64,000 nucleotides of DNA. It comes from a virus. A program made the translations under genes and the position numbers. Below, piece by piece: positions 1 to 9,081 of this stretch; position 1 is the stretch's first letter; each line of letters opens with the position of its first letter. The notes beneath the pieces were generated by a model, which was not told the origin of the DNA, made no database searches, and saw only the letters and a program-made list of their open reading frames with translations. The DNA lies in IMG/VR virus record IMGVR_UViG_3300007640_000033, positions 4,180 to 68,179 of that record; one strand, written 5' to 3'.

Positions 1-45
1 TCAGAATCAAAAGGGTGGTGTGATAGAATGACAGGTAACTTATAA
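1..45 (+). CDS. 3' end of an upstream gene (partial)
   Basis: Open frame from position 1 (SESKGWCDRMTGNL) ends in TAA at 43-45, overlapping the next ATG (TAATG coupling). Confidence 0.5.
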   Translation, partial: SESKGWCDRMTGNL

Positions 46-728
46 TGAAATACTTACATCACCATTTGGGTTTAGGAGATTGTTTTACATGTAACAGTAT
101 TGTGAGACACTATTATTCTTTAGAAAATGAATTAACAATTTTTTCATATAATCATTATTTGGTGAATGTCGAGTACATGTATTCTGATTTACCTAATCTT
201 AGAATTATTGGTGTAAACTCTGATGCCGAAGCAGAGTCATATGTTTATCAAAACAATTTACGTGATTCATATGTTCGAGTTGGGTTTGAAAAAGTGTTAC
301 AATTAAAAAATAAATGTGAAACTTTTGATGAAACTTTTTATGTTGGTGCTAATATTCCTTATGAGAGTCGATTTGAAAAACATTATATACCAAGAAATTT
401 AGAAAAAGAAAAACAAGTTTATTATGAACTAAACCCTAATAATGAACCTTTTATTTTTATTCATGAGGATAAAGATAGAGGGATGAGATTAGATAGAAAT
501 CGCATAAGAACCGATTTGAAAATAATTGAAAATAATAAAAAGTATCTTGTAGTTGACCTACTCTATTTATTAGAGAATGCACAAGAAATACATATCATGC
601 AATCGGCTTTGAAAGACCTTGTAAACTTTTATAAGATGAACGGAAAGTGTTTTTTACACAATTATGTTAGAGGTTATGATTCTTTTGCAAATACTAAAGG
701 ACTAAATGAATTTGAAATATTAAATTAA
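45..728 (+). CDS. Putative glycosyltransferase-like protein
   Basis: N-terminal HHHLGLGD motif resembles the GLGD start of GT-B enzymes; first full gene of a tightly coupled glycosyltransferase cluster. Confidence 0.45.
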   Translation: MKYLHHHLGLGDCFTCNSIVRHYYSLENELTIFSYNHYLVNVEYMYSDLPNLRIIGVNSDAEAESYVYQNNLRDSYVRVGFEKVLQLKNKCETFDETFYVGANIPYESRFEKHYIPRNLEKEKQVYYELNPNNEPFIFIHEDKDRGMRLDRNRIRTDLKIIENNKKYLVVDLLYLLENAQEIHIMQSALKDLVNFYKMNGKCFLHNYVRGYDSFANTKGLNEFEILN

Positions 729-729
729 A

Positions 730-1548
730 ATGGAAAGAAAAATTAGATTATTCGATGAAAATTTGATTGGACAGGATGGACTGTCACGATATCAAAATCC
801 TAACACAAATTGGCAAAGAGATATTGACGATTATGATATTGGTGTATACACCGATAGAATGTGTTTTATAAAAGAAGTTGACCCTTCAAAAGTGAATGTG
901 GCTTGGATTATCGAACCACCAATCATTAATGGTGAAAATTACAAACACATAGTTGAACACCAAGATAAATTCAATTGGGTTTTCTCTCATATAAAATCTT
1001 TAGGTGATAAAATTAAAAATTTTGTTTGGTTAGGTCATGGAGGTACATGGTTAAGAGAAAGAGATATGGGTGTTCGTCAAAAATCAAGAAATGTAAGTAT
1101 GATTTATTCTAATAAAGAATGGAATGCTGGACATAGACTAAGACACCTGATTGCTGAACAAGTAAAAGATTTGGGGGTTGCTTTACTAGGTACTGGTTCA
1201 CAACAACCGTTAGATTGGAAATTTGAGGGTCTTTCAGATTACAGATTTAGTATTGTGATGGAAAATTCAATTGAAGATGACTATTTTACTGAAAAATTAA
1301 TTGATTGTTTTTTATGTGGTACTATACCAATTTATTATGGGACAAGAAATGTAAAACATCATTTCCGAGGAGATGGAATATTTTTCTTTGAAAATATTGA
1401 AGAACTAAAAACAATTCTAAGTGAATGTACTGAAGAAAAATACAATTCTTTGATAGATTCGGTAAACCATAATTTTGAGGTTGCAAAAACTTTTATGCAT
1501 CCTGAACAACAAATTACTTCATTTTTACATAATGCGTTACCACAATAA
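730..1548 (+). CDS. Glycosyltransferase family 10 (alpha-1,3-fucosyltransferase-like)
   Basis: YRFSIVMENSIEDDYFTEKLIDCFLCGTIPIYYG matches the GT10 signature (Y.F....EN....DY.TEK......G.IP.Y.G). Confidence 0.8.
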   Translation: MERKIRLFDENLIGQDGLSRYQNPNTNWQRDIDDYDIGVYTDRMCFIKEVDPSKVNVAWIIEPPIINGENYKHIVEHQDKFNWVFSHIKSLGDKIKNFVWLGHGGTWLRERDMGVRQKSRNVSMIYSNKEWNAGHRLRHLIAEQVKDLGVALLGTGSQQPLDWKFEGLSDYRFSIVMENSIEDDYFTEKLIDCFLCGTIPIYYGTRNVKHHFRGDGIFFFENIEELKTILSECTEEKYNSLIDSVNHNFEVAKTFMHPEQQITSFLHNALPQ

Positions 1549-2296
1549 TATTGTTGTTACCGGAGCGAATAGTACTTACTTTGACACTCTCCTAACACTT
1601 ATTAGTAGTATACATAAAAATACCTTCGATTTTATCGATGGTATTTTTGTTTATAACTTAGGGTTAAATGACGGTGAAATATCAAAACTACAGTCTCTTG
1701 AAAAAGTATTCATAAAAGAAATACCAAAAGATATGAGGGATAAATACCCTCACATAAATGACCCAAAAAAACACTTTGACAAATTATTTTGTTTGTATGA
1801 CTCAATGTCCTATGCTTGGAATGTATTTTGGTTAGATGCGGGTGTAATGTGTTTGAAGGACATTGAACACATTTTTCATATATTAGATAGTGACCATATT
1901 TTTTGTGTTACAGATGTTCATCTTAATAAGAACTACACACATAAAAGATGTTCCGAACTTATGAATGCAAGTGAAAGTGAATTATTAGATAAACAATTAT
2001 CTTCAGGTATATTTGGTTTTAAATCAGATGGTAGATACAGAAAATTAATTGAAGATGCTTTTGAATATGGAAAAATAGGGTGTACTGTTGGGGACGAAGA
2101 AAATCACAGACATGACCAAAGTGTTCTATCAATATTAGTTTCAAGATACGATTGTCCTAGACATGATATTGACATTTATGGATATTGGACTGATTATAGT
2201 AGAAACCTAAATACCGCAAATGAAATCGGTGCGGTTATTTTTGTCCATAGAAGAGGACATCATGATGTAAAAGATTTAAGATATGTTCAAGTTTAA
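1532..2296 (+). CDS. GT-A fold glycosyltransferase-like protein (DUF1647-like)
   Basis: VVTGANSTYF start, YNLGL, FWLDAG and HRHDQSVLSIL motifs. ATG at 1532 preferred over the 1475 start. Confidence 0.6.
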   Translation: MRYHNNIVVTGANSTYFDTLLTLISSIHKNTFDFIDGIFVYNLGLNDGEISKLQSLEKVFIKEIPKDMRDKYPHINDPKKHFDKLFCLYDSMSYAWNVFWLDAGVMCLKDIEHIFHILDSDHIFCVTDVHLNKNYTHKRCSELMNASESELLDKQLSSGIFGFKSDGRYRKLIEDAFEYGKIGCTVGDEENHRHDQSVLSILVSRYDCPRHDIDIYGYWTDYSRNLNTANEIGAVIFVHRRGHHDVKDLRYVQV

Positions 2297-2996
2297 TGAT
2301 GTAAAAAAAATTGTTTTAAATTTAGATAGACGACAAGATAGATTGGAAAAATTTCAATCTGAAATGAATTATATAGGTTGGGATTTTGAAAGATTTTCAG
2401 CTATTGATACAAATTCTTATGTTGGTTGTGGATTGTCACATCAAAAAATTGCACAAGATTTTTTAGAATCTAAAGATGATTATATTTTAGTAATGGAAGA
2501 TGATTTATTTATTATGCCATACACTAAAGAACTTATTCCTAAAATCGAACAAGCTTTGTCTAATGTAGATTGGGATTTTTTTCACTTAGGACCATCTTTA
2601 CACCGACCATTGCAAATGTATAATGACATGTTGGTTGATTTATGTAATTTACCACCAAAAGATGAAAATAAACATAGAGGTATTTTTGGTACAACTGCGT
2701 TTGTTTTAAATAAAAAATCTGCAGAAATTATTGCTAACTGGGATACTGACAAATATTATTATAACAGTCATAGACAAGTTGCTATTGATGATTATTTTGA
2801 TAGAGTAGTTTACAAAAATTGTGTTGCTTTTGCACCATTTAATTTGTTCACAACACAAAGACCTGATTTTTCAGATATTAATAAAACTTTCGATTCAAAT
2901 CACTACGTATTATCTTATAATTGGAATGCATATGTACCAACTAAGATACCAACTAATATGTATGACATTGGATACTGTGAAAAACTTAGAGAATGA
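2283..2996 (+). CDS. Glycosyltransferase family 25
   Basis: LNLDRRQDR, ERFSAID, GCGLSH and LVMEDD motifs typical of GT25. Confidence 0.8.
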   Translation: MFKFNDVKKIVLNLDRRQDRLEKFQSEMNYIGWDFERFSAIDTNSYVGCGLSHQKIAQDFLESKDDYILVMEDDLFIMPYTKELIPKIEQALSNVDWDFFHLGPSLHRPLQMYNDMLVDLCNLPPKDENKHRGIFGTTAFVLNKKSAEIIANWDTDKYYYNSHRQVAIDDYFDRVVYKNCVAFAPFNLFTTQRPDFSDINKTFDSNHYVLSYNWNAYVPTKIPTNMYDIGYCEKLRE

Positions 2997-3868
2997 AAAT
3001 AAAATTTATAACTTGTATATACAATAACTTGTACGGTACTGATTTAGGTGGTAGACCTAACAGACGTGACCATTATAAATGGAGTTTATTGTCCTTACTA
3101 AAAATGACCAATGCCGACTTTTTGTGTTATACGCAAGAATCTGAATTTGAAGAACTTATTGATTTTTTCTATACTCAGAATAATATAAGTCCTGATAAAT
3201 TACAAATAAAAATATTTGATTTACGAACTACAAAATATAGTGAACTAATACATTCTGTAAAAGATTATAACGCGGTTACAAGAGATGATAGGTGTGTTGA
3301 AATACAATATTCTAAATTTGATTGGTTTAGAAAGGAAGATGGTTTGTATGATTATTACTTTTGGATTGACGCTGGATTATCACACACTGGTTTAATACCA
3401 AATAAATATTTGAATACATCATTACCAATGATGAGGTGCTTCTATGAAAGTTCTTTATTCAATAACAAATTTTTATCTAATGTTATTAATTATTGTGATG
3501 ATAAATTTTTATTATTAGCCAAAGAAAATGCCAGAAATTATTGGTCAGGAACTGTTAATGAAAAATTTTATAAAAACTATTCAAAAGAGGTTCATATAAT
3601 TGGAGGAATGTTTGGTGGTAAAAAGGAATTATGGGAGAAAGTTGTAAACCAATTTGATGATTACCTTTTTGAGGTTTTACCATTTGAAGGTAGATTATAT
3701 CATGAAGAACACATTATGTCACTCATGTATCAAAATCATAAAGAATGGTTTATAACACAGGAGTTTGATACATGGTGGCATCCAGAATCGGCACCTAAAG
3801 ACGTACACCCTGAATACTTTGAAAAAAATAAAAGTTTCTGTAAAATATTAGAGGATTTAAATGAGTAA
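2993..3868 (+). CDS. WlaTC/HtrL(YibB)-like glycosyltransferase
   Basis: SKF, YYFWIDAG, IIGGMFGG and HEEHIM motifs; paralogous to the N-terminal half of the next gene. Confidence 0.65.
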   Translation: MKIKFITCIYNNLYGTDLGGRPNRRDHYKWSLLSLLKMTNADFLCYTQESEFEELIDFFYTQNNISPDKLQIKIFDLRTTKYSELIHSVKDYNAVTRDDRCVEIQYSKFDWFRKEDGLYDYYFWIDAGLSHTGLIPNKYLNTSLPMMRCFYESSLFNNKFLSNVINYCDDKFLLLAKENARNYWSGTVNEKFYKNYSKEVHIIGGMFGGKKELWEKVVNQFDDYLFEVLPFEGRLYHEEHIMSLMYQNHKEWFITQEFDTWWHPESAPKDVHPEYFEKNKSFCKILEDLNE

Positions 3869-5534
3869 CCTAACATTAGTCACTGGATTGTGGAATATAG
3901 GTAGAGATAATCTACAAGAAGGATGGTCCAGAAGTTTTGAGCATTATCTAAATAAGTTTTCTCAATTATTAGAGGTCGAAAATAATATGATTATTTTTGG
4001 TGACCCTGAATTAGAGGAATTTGTTTGGTCTATTAGAAAAAAAGAAAATACCGTATTCTACACAAAAAACCAAGAATGGTTTAAGAATGAATTTTACGAA
4101 AAAATACAAGAAATAAGGACAAATCCTGATTGGTATAATTTAGCTGGGTGGTTATCAGACTCTACCCAAGCTAAATTAGAGATGTATAATCCACTTGTAA
4201 TGTCAAAAATGTTTTTATTACATGATGCTAAAATTTTAGACCCATTCAATAGTGAATTTATGTTTTGGATTGATGCTGGACTTACCAATACTGTTCATCA
4301 GGGTTATTTTACACATGATAAAGCGTTAGATAATCTTACAAAATACATTGATAAGTTTTCATTTGTTTGTTTTCCATATGAAGCAAATAATGAGATTCAT
4401 GGATTCAAGTTTAATGAAATATGTAGAATTGCCGGTAAAAAAGTCGATAGAGTTGCTCGAGGTGGTTTTTTTGGAGGTCCAAAAGACAGTATTAGTGATG
4501 CTAATGGAATTTATTATAATTTATTATCGTCCACTTTATCTGAAAACTTAATGGGTACCGAGGAGTCCATATTTTCAATAATGTGTTATAAACACTCTGA
4601 TATGTTTGATTTTTTTGAAATCGAGTCTAATGGGTTATTTGGGAAGTTTTTTGAAGACTTAAAGAATAATACTTTAGAGAAGAAATCAATGTCTCCAATA
4701 CCAATGATAAATCAAGATTTAAATATGAATAATACCGCGTTGTATGTTATAACATTCAACAGTCCTAATCAATTTGAAACTTTAATAAAATCTATGATTG
4801 GTTATGATAGAGATTTTATAGATAAACCTAAAAAGTTTTTATTAGATAATTCGAGTGATTTATCAACAACGGAAAGATACCTTGAGATATGCGAAGAATA
4901 CGGTTTTGAACATATTAAGAAAGATAATTTAGGTATTTGTGGTGGTAGACAATTTATTGCTGAACACGCAGAAGAAAATGAATTCGATTTTTATTATTTC
5001 TTTGAAGATGATATGTTTTTCTATTTAGGACCTGATGATGTATGTAGAAATGGAATGCCTAGGTTTGCCGATAGTTTATATAAAAGGTCTTTGAGAATCA
5101 TAAAAGATAATAATTTTGATTTTCTAAAGTTGTCTTTTAGTGAATTTTTCGGTGATAATAAGACTCAATGGGCTTGGTATAATGTACCACAAAATTTTAG
5201 AATAAATCATTGGCCTGAAAAACCAAATTTACCAATACAAGGACAAGACCCGAATGCTCCAAAAACAAAATTTAATAAGATTGGTGGTTTTGGTAATTTA
5301 GCATATATCTCGGGTGAGATATATTACTGTAATTGGCCTCAAGTAGTTGCTCGTCACGGTAATAAAAAAATGTTTTTAGATGTGACTTGGTCATATCCTT
5401 ATGAACAAACATGGATGAGTCATATTTTCCAAGAAACAATCAAAGGTAATATAAATCCAGGTCTATTATTATTAACTCCAACTGAGCACGACAGGTTTGA
5501 ATTTTACGATAGAAAATTAAGGAAAGAAAGTTAA
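3861..5534 (+). CDS. Two-domain glycosyltransferase (HtrL-like N-terminal plus GT2-like C-terminal)
   Basis: N-terminal half SKMF, FWIDAG, RGGFFGG, GTEESIF; C-terminal half YVITFN, LLDNSS, NLGICGGR, FFEDD. Confidence 0.7.
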   Translation: MSNLTLVTGLWNIGRDNLQEGWSRSFEHYLNKFSQLLEVENNMIIFGDPELEEFVWSIRKKENTVFYTKNQEWFKNEFYEKIQEIRTNPDWYNLAGWLSDSTQAKLEMYNPLVMSKMFLLHDAKILDPFNSEFMFWIDAGLTNTVHQGYFTHDKALDNLTKYIDKFSFVCFPYEANNEIHGFKFNEICRIAGKKVDRVARGGFFGGPKDSISDANGIYYNLLSSTLSENLMGTEESIFSIMCYKHSDMFDFFEIESNGLFGKFFEDLKNNTLEKKSMSPIPMINQDLNMNNTALYVITFNSPNQFETLIKSMIGYDRDFIDKPKKFLLDNSSDLSTTERYLEICEEYGFEHIKKDNLGICGGRQFIAEHAEENEFDFYYFFEDDMFFYLGPDDVCRNGMPRFADSLYKRSLRIIKDNNFDFLKLSFSEFFGDNKTQWAWYNVPQNFRINHWPEKPNLPIQGQDPNAPKTKFNKIGGFGNLAYISGEIYYCNWPQVVARHGNKKMFLDVTWSYPYEQTWMSHIFQETIKGNINPGLLLLTPTEHDRFEFYDRKLRKES

Positions 5535-5545
5535 CTAGTTTGTTG

Positions 5546-5552
5546 TATTTAT
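5546..5552 (+). promoter_or_regulatory. TATTTAT putative late promoter
   Basis: 4 nt before the ATG at 5557; context GTATTTATTGATATGG is identical to that at 21081-21096. Confidence 0.55.
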
Positions 5553-5556
5553 TGAT

Positions 5557-5937
5557 ATGGAATTTTTTATCAAGAAAAATGCAACACTTCCGATTCTTTT
5601 GATGCAAGTCGTAAAAGACGGTAGAGCTGATTATCATTCGTTTATGGATGAGTTGGAAACCGCGACAATTGTTTTCTCGATGGTTGATGAGACAACAGGA
5701 ATTGCGAAAATTGCCAATAGAGCAGCATATATTGTTGAAAAGGTTTTTCTTGAACCAAATGCATCACCCGAATATTATATCTATTATAAATTCACTGATA
5801 GGGATACCAATAGAGTTGGTAGATTTAAAGGTGAGTTTATGATTACAAACGATGAAGGTAGATTGATAGTACCACTACGTGAAGAATTATACATCAACGT
5901 AATTGACAGTGTAATCTCAACAACATATTGTTGTTAA
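5557..5937 (+). CDS. Small virion protein, BppU N-terminal-like domain
   Basis: Beta-rich pattern IKKNATLP...IVFSM...YKFT..DT..VG.FKGEF resembles baseplate upper protein domains; preceded by TATTTAT. Confidence 0.4.
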   Translation: MEFFIKKNATLPILLMQVVKDGRADYHSFMDELETATIVFSMVDETTGIAKIANRAAYIVEKVFLEPNASPEYYIYYKFTDRDTNRVGRFKGEFMITNDEGRLIVPLREELYINVIDSVISTTYCC

Positions 5938-5942
5938 TTTGA

Positions 5943-5975
5943 TTTGGAAAGTTTTATTAGTTATACTTATCTTTG
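5943..5975 (+). promoter_or_regulatory. Bacteroidota-type housekeeping promoter for DNA polymerase
   Basis: TTTG (5943-5946), 21-nt spacer, TATCTTTG (5968-5975) match the -33/-7 consensus TTTG-N19-21-TAnnTTTG. Confidence 0.6.
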
Positions 5976-6035
5976 AATGAGGAAGGTAAATGTCGTTTGT
6001 TCGGCAGCAAATACACCACTCGAAAACAAATTATT

Positions 6036-8768
6036 ATGATAAGTAACGAAGAAATCAAAACCTTTTTGGAGGGTAATGACCCTGAAGAATTCATTGTTTC
6101 TATTGAATTCGATTACATTAAAGACGAAATTTATAAAATTAAAGAAATACCGGGTAAGGGTAAGGTTATACAACGTGACCATTTTGTTCCATTTGCTTGG
6201 GTTGGCGATTTGCATGGTTTGAACTTTTATAAGAACTCAAAACACGAGCAAAAGGCTGCGATGTCAAAATACGGTATTGTTATTGAAAAACAACGTACTG
6301 AAGGTGACGCTAGATTGGAAAAAGGTCTAAAGTATTTGGTAAAGTCCCTGAAAGGGTATAGAACATTAATTCAATTCTTTAGGGATGGTGGATTGGACCC
6401 ATGGGGTGAATCAGCAAGAGACCGAATATTAGTATTACCACCTGTAGAACAATTCTTAATTCAAAAGGAAAAACGACTCTTCAAAGGTTATGAAGAATAC
6501 AACGATGTAACTCGTTTTGCCTTTGACTTGGAAACGACTTCTTTGGAACCAAAAGATGGTCGTATTTTCATGATAGGAATGAAGACAAATAAAGGGTTTC
6601 ACAAAGTACTTGAATGTTCTACTGAAGACCAAGAACGTGAAGGTCTCATCAAATTTTTTGAAACTATTGATGAATTAAAGCCAAGTATTATTGGTGGTTA
6701 TAACTCATTCAACTTCGACTGGTACTGGATTTTTGAAAGATGTAAGGCACTTGGATTGGATATTAAAAAGATATGTAAGTCACTTAATCCTGCAAGAACT
6801 ATCTCACAATCTGAGAACTTATTGAAGTTGGCCAATGAAGTTGAACGTTATACACAAACTCAGATTTGGGGGTATAACATTGTTGACATTCTCCATGCGG
6901 TAAGAAGAGCACAAGCAATTAACTCTTCAATTAAGTCCGCTGGTTTGAAATATATTACTCAATACCTTGAAATTGAAGCAGATGACCGTATCTATATTCC
7001 ACACGAAGACATTGGTTCAATGTACTCCAAGAAGGAAGATTTTTGGTTGAATGTGAACAATGGTAAATACAAAAAAGCATCCGACCCCCAATTTAACAAT
7101 CTTGATACAAGATTTCCTGATGTATATAAAAAAGTCAAAGGAGATGAGTTAGTTGAAAGGTATCTTGATGATGACTTGGAAGAAACTCTACTTGTAGATG
7201 AAGAATTCAATCAGGGTTCATTCCTTTTGGCATCATTAGTTCCTACTACATATGAGAGAGTAAGTACAATGGGTACTGCCACTTTGTGGAAGATGATTAT
7301 GTTGGCTTGGTCTTACAAGTACAACTTGGCTATTCCGGAAAAACAAAGTAAGACTGACTTTGTTGGTGGTCTTTCTCGACTTATTCGTGTAGGTTACTCA
7401 ACTAATGTGTTGAAACTTGACTTTAGTTCACTGTATCCATCTATACAACTTGTTCATGATGTATTCCCAAAATGTGACGTAACAGGTGCAATGAAAGGAT
7501 TACTGAAGTATTTCCGTGATACTCGTATTTTGTACAAACAATTGGCTGAAGAACTTTCAGAATCAGACCCTAAAAAGTCTAAGTCTTATGACCGTAAACA
7601 ACTTCCGATTAAGATTTTCATCAACTCGATGTTTGGTGCTCTTTCAGCACCTCAGGTTTATCATTGGGGTGACATGTATATGGGAGAACAGATTACCTGT
7701 ACAGGACGACAATATCTTCGTCAAATGATTAAGTTCTTCATGTCCCGAGGATATCAACCATTGGTTATGGATACTGACGGTGTGAACTTTTCAGCACCTG
7801 ATGATGTTGAAGAACGAAAGTACATTGGTAGAGGACTCAACTGGAAAGTAAAAGAAGGTCGTGAATATACAGGTGCCTCTGCAGATATTGCCGAATATAA
7901 TGATATTTTCATGAGAGGTGAAATGGCATTAGATAATGATGGTGTTTGGCCATCATGTATAAACATTGCAAGAAAGAATTATGCTCTTATTACAGACAGA
8001 GGAAAAATCAAACTTGTTGGTAATACAATCAAATCAAAAAAACTACCTCTATATATTGAAGAATTCTTGGATAAAGGAGTAAAAATGTTGTTGGAAGGTA
8101 AGGGTAAAGATTTTGTTGAGTACTACTATGAATATCTAACAAAAATTTACCAACAACAAGTTCCTTTGATGAAAATTGCTCAGAGAGCTAAGGTTAAGTT
8201 GAGTATTGATGATTACATTCAAAGATGTACGCAACGAACCAAAGCGGGTAACTTAATGTCACGTATGGCACATATGGAATTAGCAATAAAAGATAATCTC
8301 AATGTAAACTTGGGTGATGTTATTTTCTATGTAAATAATGGTAGTAGAATGTCACACGGTGATGTACAGAAAAAAGGTGATAATGTTGTAATCAATTGTT
8401 ATCGTTTAGATAATGAAGAATTGGAAAACAACCCGGAGATGTTAGGTGAATACAATGTACCAAGAGCGGTATCTACGTTTAACAAACGTATTGAACCTCT
8501 TATGGTTGTGTTCAAAGAAGAGGTTAGAAAAGAACTAATTGTTGATAATCCTGAAAAACGTGGATTATTTACTACCTCACAGTGTGAACTAATTAACGGA
8601 AACCCTATGAAACCTGGTGACCAAGATGACTTGAATGAAGTCTTAGCTGTTTCAGAACCTGAATTACGTTATTGGGAAAAAAGAGGATTACACCCTGATT
8701 ATATGTATGAGAAAGCTGAAGATGGGTGGGAGAAATTCATCTACTCAGGACATCTTCAGTCCATCTGA
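6036..8768 (+). CDS. polB: Family B DNA polymerase with 3'-5' exonuclease
   Basis: ExoI FDLET, ExoII GYNSFNFD, motif A LDFSSLYPSI, motif B KIFINSMFG, motif C MDTDG, KNY. ATG 6036 is the likely start because the 5973 TTG lies within the promoter. Confidence 0.95.
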   Translation: MISNEEIKTFLEGNDPEEFIVSIEFDYIKDEIYKIKEIPGKGKVIQRDHFVPFAWVGDLHGLNFYKNSKHEQKAAMSKYGIVIEKQRTEGDARLEKGLKYLVKSLKGYRTLIQFFRDGGLDPWGESARDRILVLPPVEQFLIQKEKRLFKGYEEYNDVTRFAFDLETTSLEPKDGRIFMIGMKTNKGFHKVLECSTEDQEREGLIKFFETIDELKPSIIGGYNSFNFDWYWIFERCKALGLDIKKICKSLNPARTISQSENLLKLANEVERYTQTQIWGYNIVDILHAVRRAQAINSSIKSAGLKYITQYLEIEADDRIYIPHEDIGSMYSKKEDFWLNVNNGKYKKASDPQFNNLDTRFPDVYKKVKGDELVERYLDDDLEETLLVDEEFNQGSFLLASLVPTTYERVSTMGTATLWKMIMLAWSYKYNLAIPEKQSKTDFVGGLSRLIRVGYSTNVLKLDFSSLYPSIQLVHDVFPKCDVTGAMKGLLKYFRDTRILYKQLAEELSESDPKKSKSYDRKQLPIKIFINSMFGALSAPQVYHWGDMYMGEQITCTGRQYLRQMIKFFMSRGYQPLVMDTDGVNFSAPDDVEERKYIGRGLNWKVKEGREYTGASADIAEYNDIFMRGEMALDNDGVWPSCINIARKNYALITDRGKIKLVGNTIKSKKLPLYIEEFLDKGVKMLLEGKGKDFVEYYYEYLTKIYQQQVPLMKIAQRAKVKLSIDDYIQRCTQRTKAGNLMSRMAHMELAIKDNLNVNLGDVIFYVNNGSRMSHGDVQKKGDNVVINCYRLDNEELENNPEMLGEYNVPRAVSTFNKRIEPLMVVFKEEVRKELIVDNPEKRGLFTTSQCELINGNPMKPGDQDDLNEVLAVSEPELRYWEKRGLHPDYMYEKAEDGWEKFIYSGHLQSI

Positions 8769-9080
8769 TGACATAATGTACCACAATCCTGTACAGAATC
8801 TTAATTCAACACAGGCACCTCTATCGATAAGTATCTCATCAAATTCTTCATCTATCTGACCAATATCAGGTACAATGAGGACTTTGGTGAGTGCTTTTAT
8901 TGTAACATGGTCAGTATTTGTACTATTCAATTTTATTTTTGAATAATTTACATTTCTAACAACAACAACATCTTCACCTGCGGTTTCATAAAAGTCGTCT
9001 GAAACCATAGCAATTTCTGATGTCTTAATAATTCTTCCTCTATAAAGTTTTTCTGAGGGAATACTTTTGACTACAGTCAT
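8745..9080 (-). CDS. Hypothetical small virion-associated protein
   Basis: 111-aa beta-rich ORF immediately downstream of the neck gene; its 3' end overlaps the polB 3' end convergently. Confidence 0.6.
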   Translation of the reverse strand: MTVVKSIPSEKLYRGRIIKTSEIAMVSDDFYETAGEDVVVVRNVNYSKIKLNSTNTDHVTIKALTKVLIVPDIGQIDEEFDEILIDRGACVELRFCTGLWYIMSSDGLKMS

Positions 9081-9081
9081 A

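Noticed and set aside
5973-6035. N-terminal extension of PolB from TTG 5973
   Set aside because: The codon lies inside the -7 promoter element; the region looks like a structured leader and ATG 6036 has an A/T-rich context.
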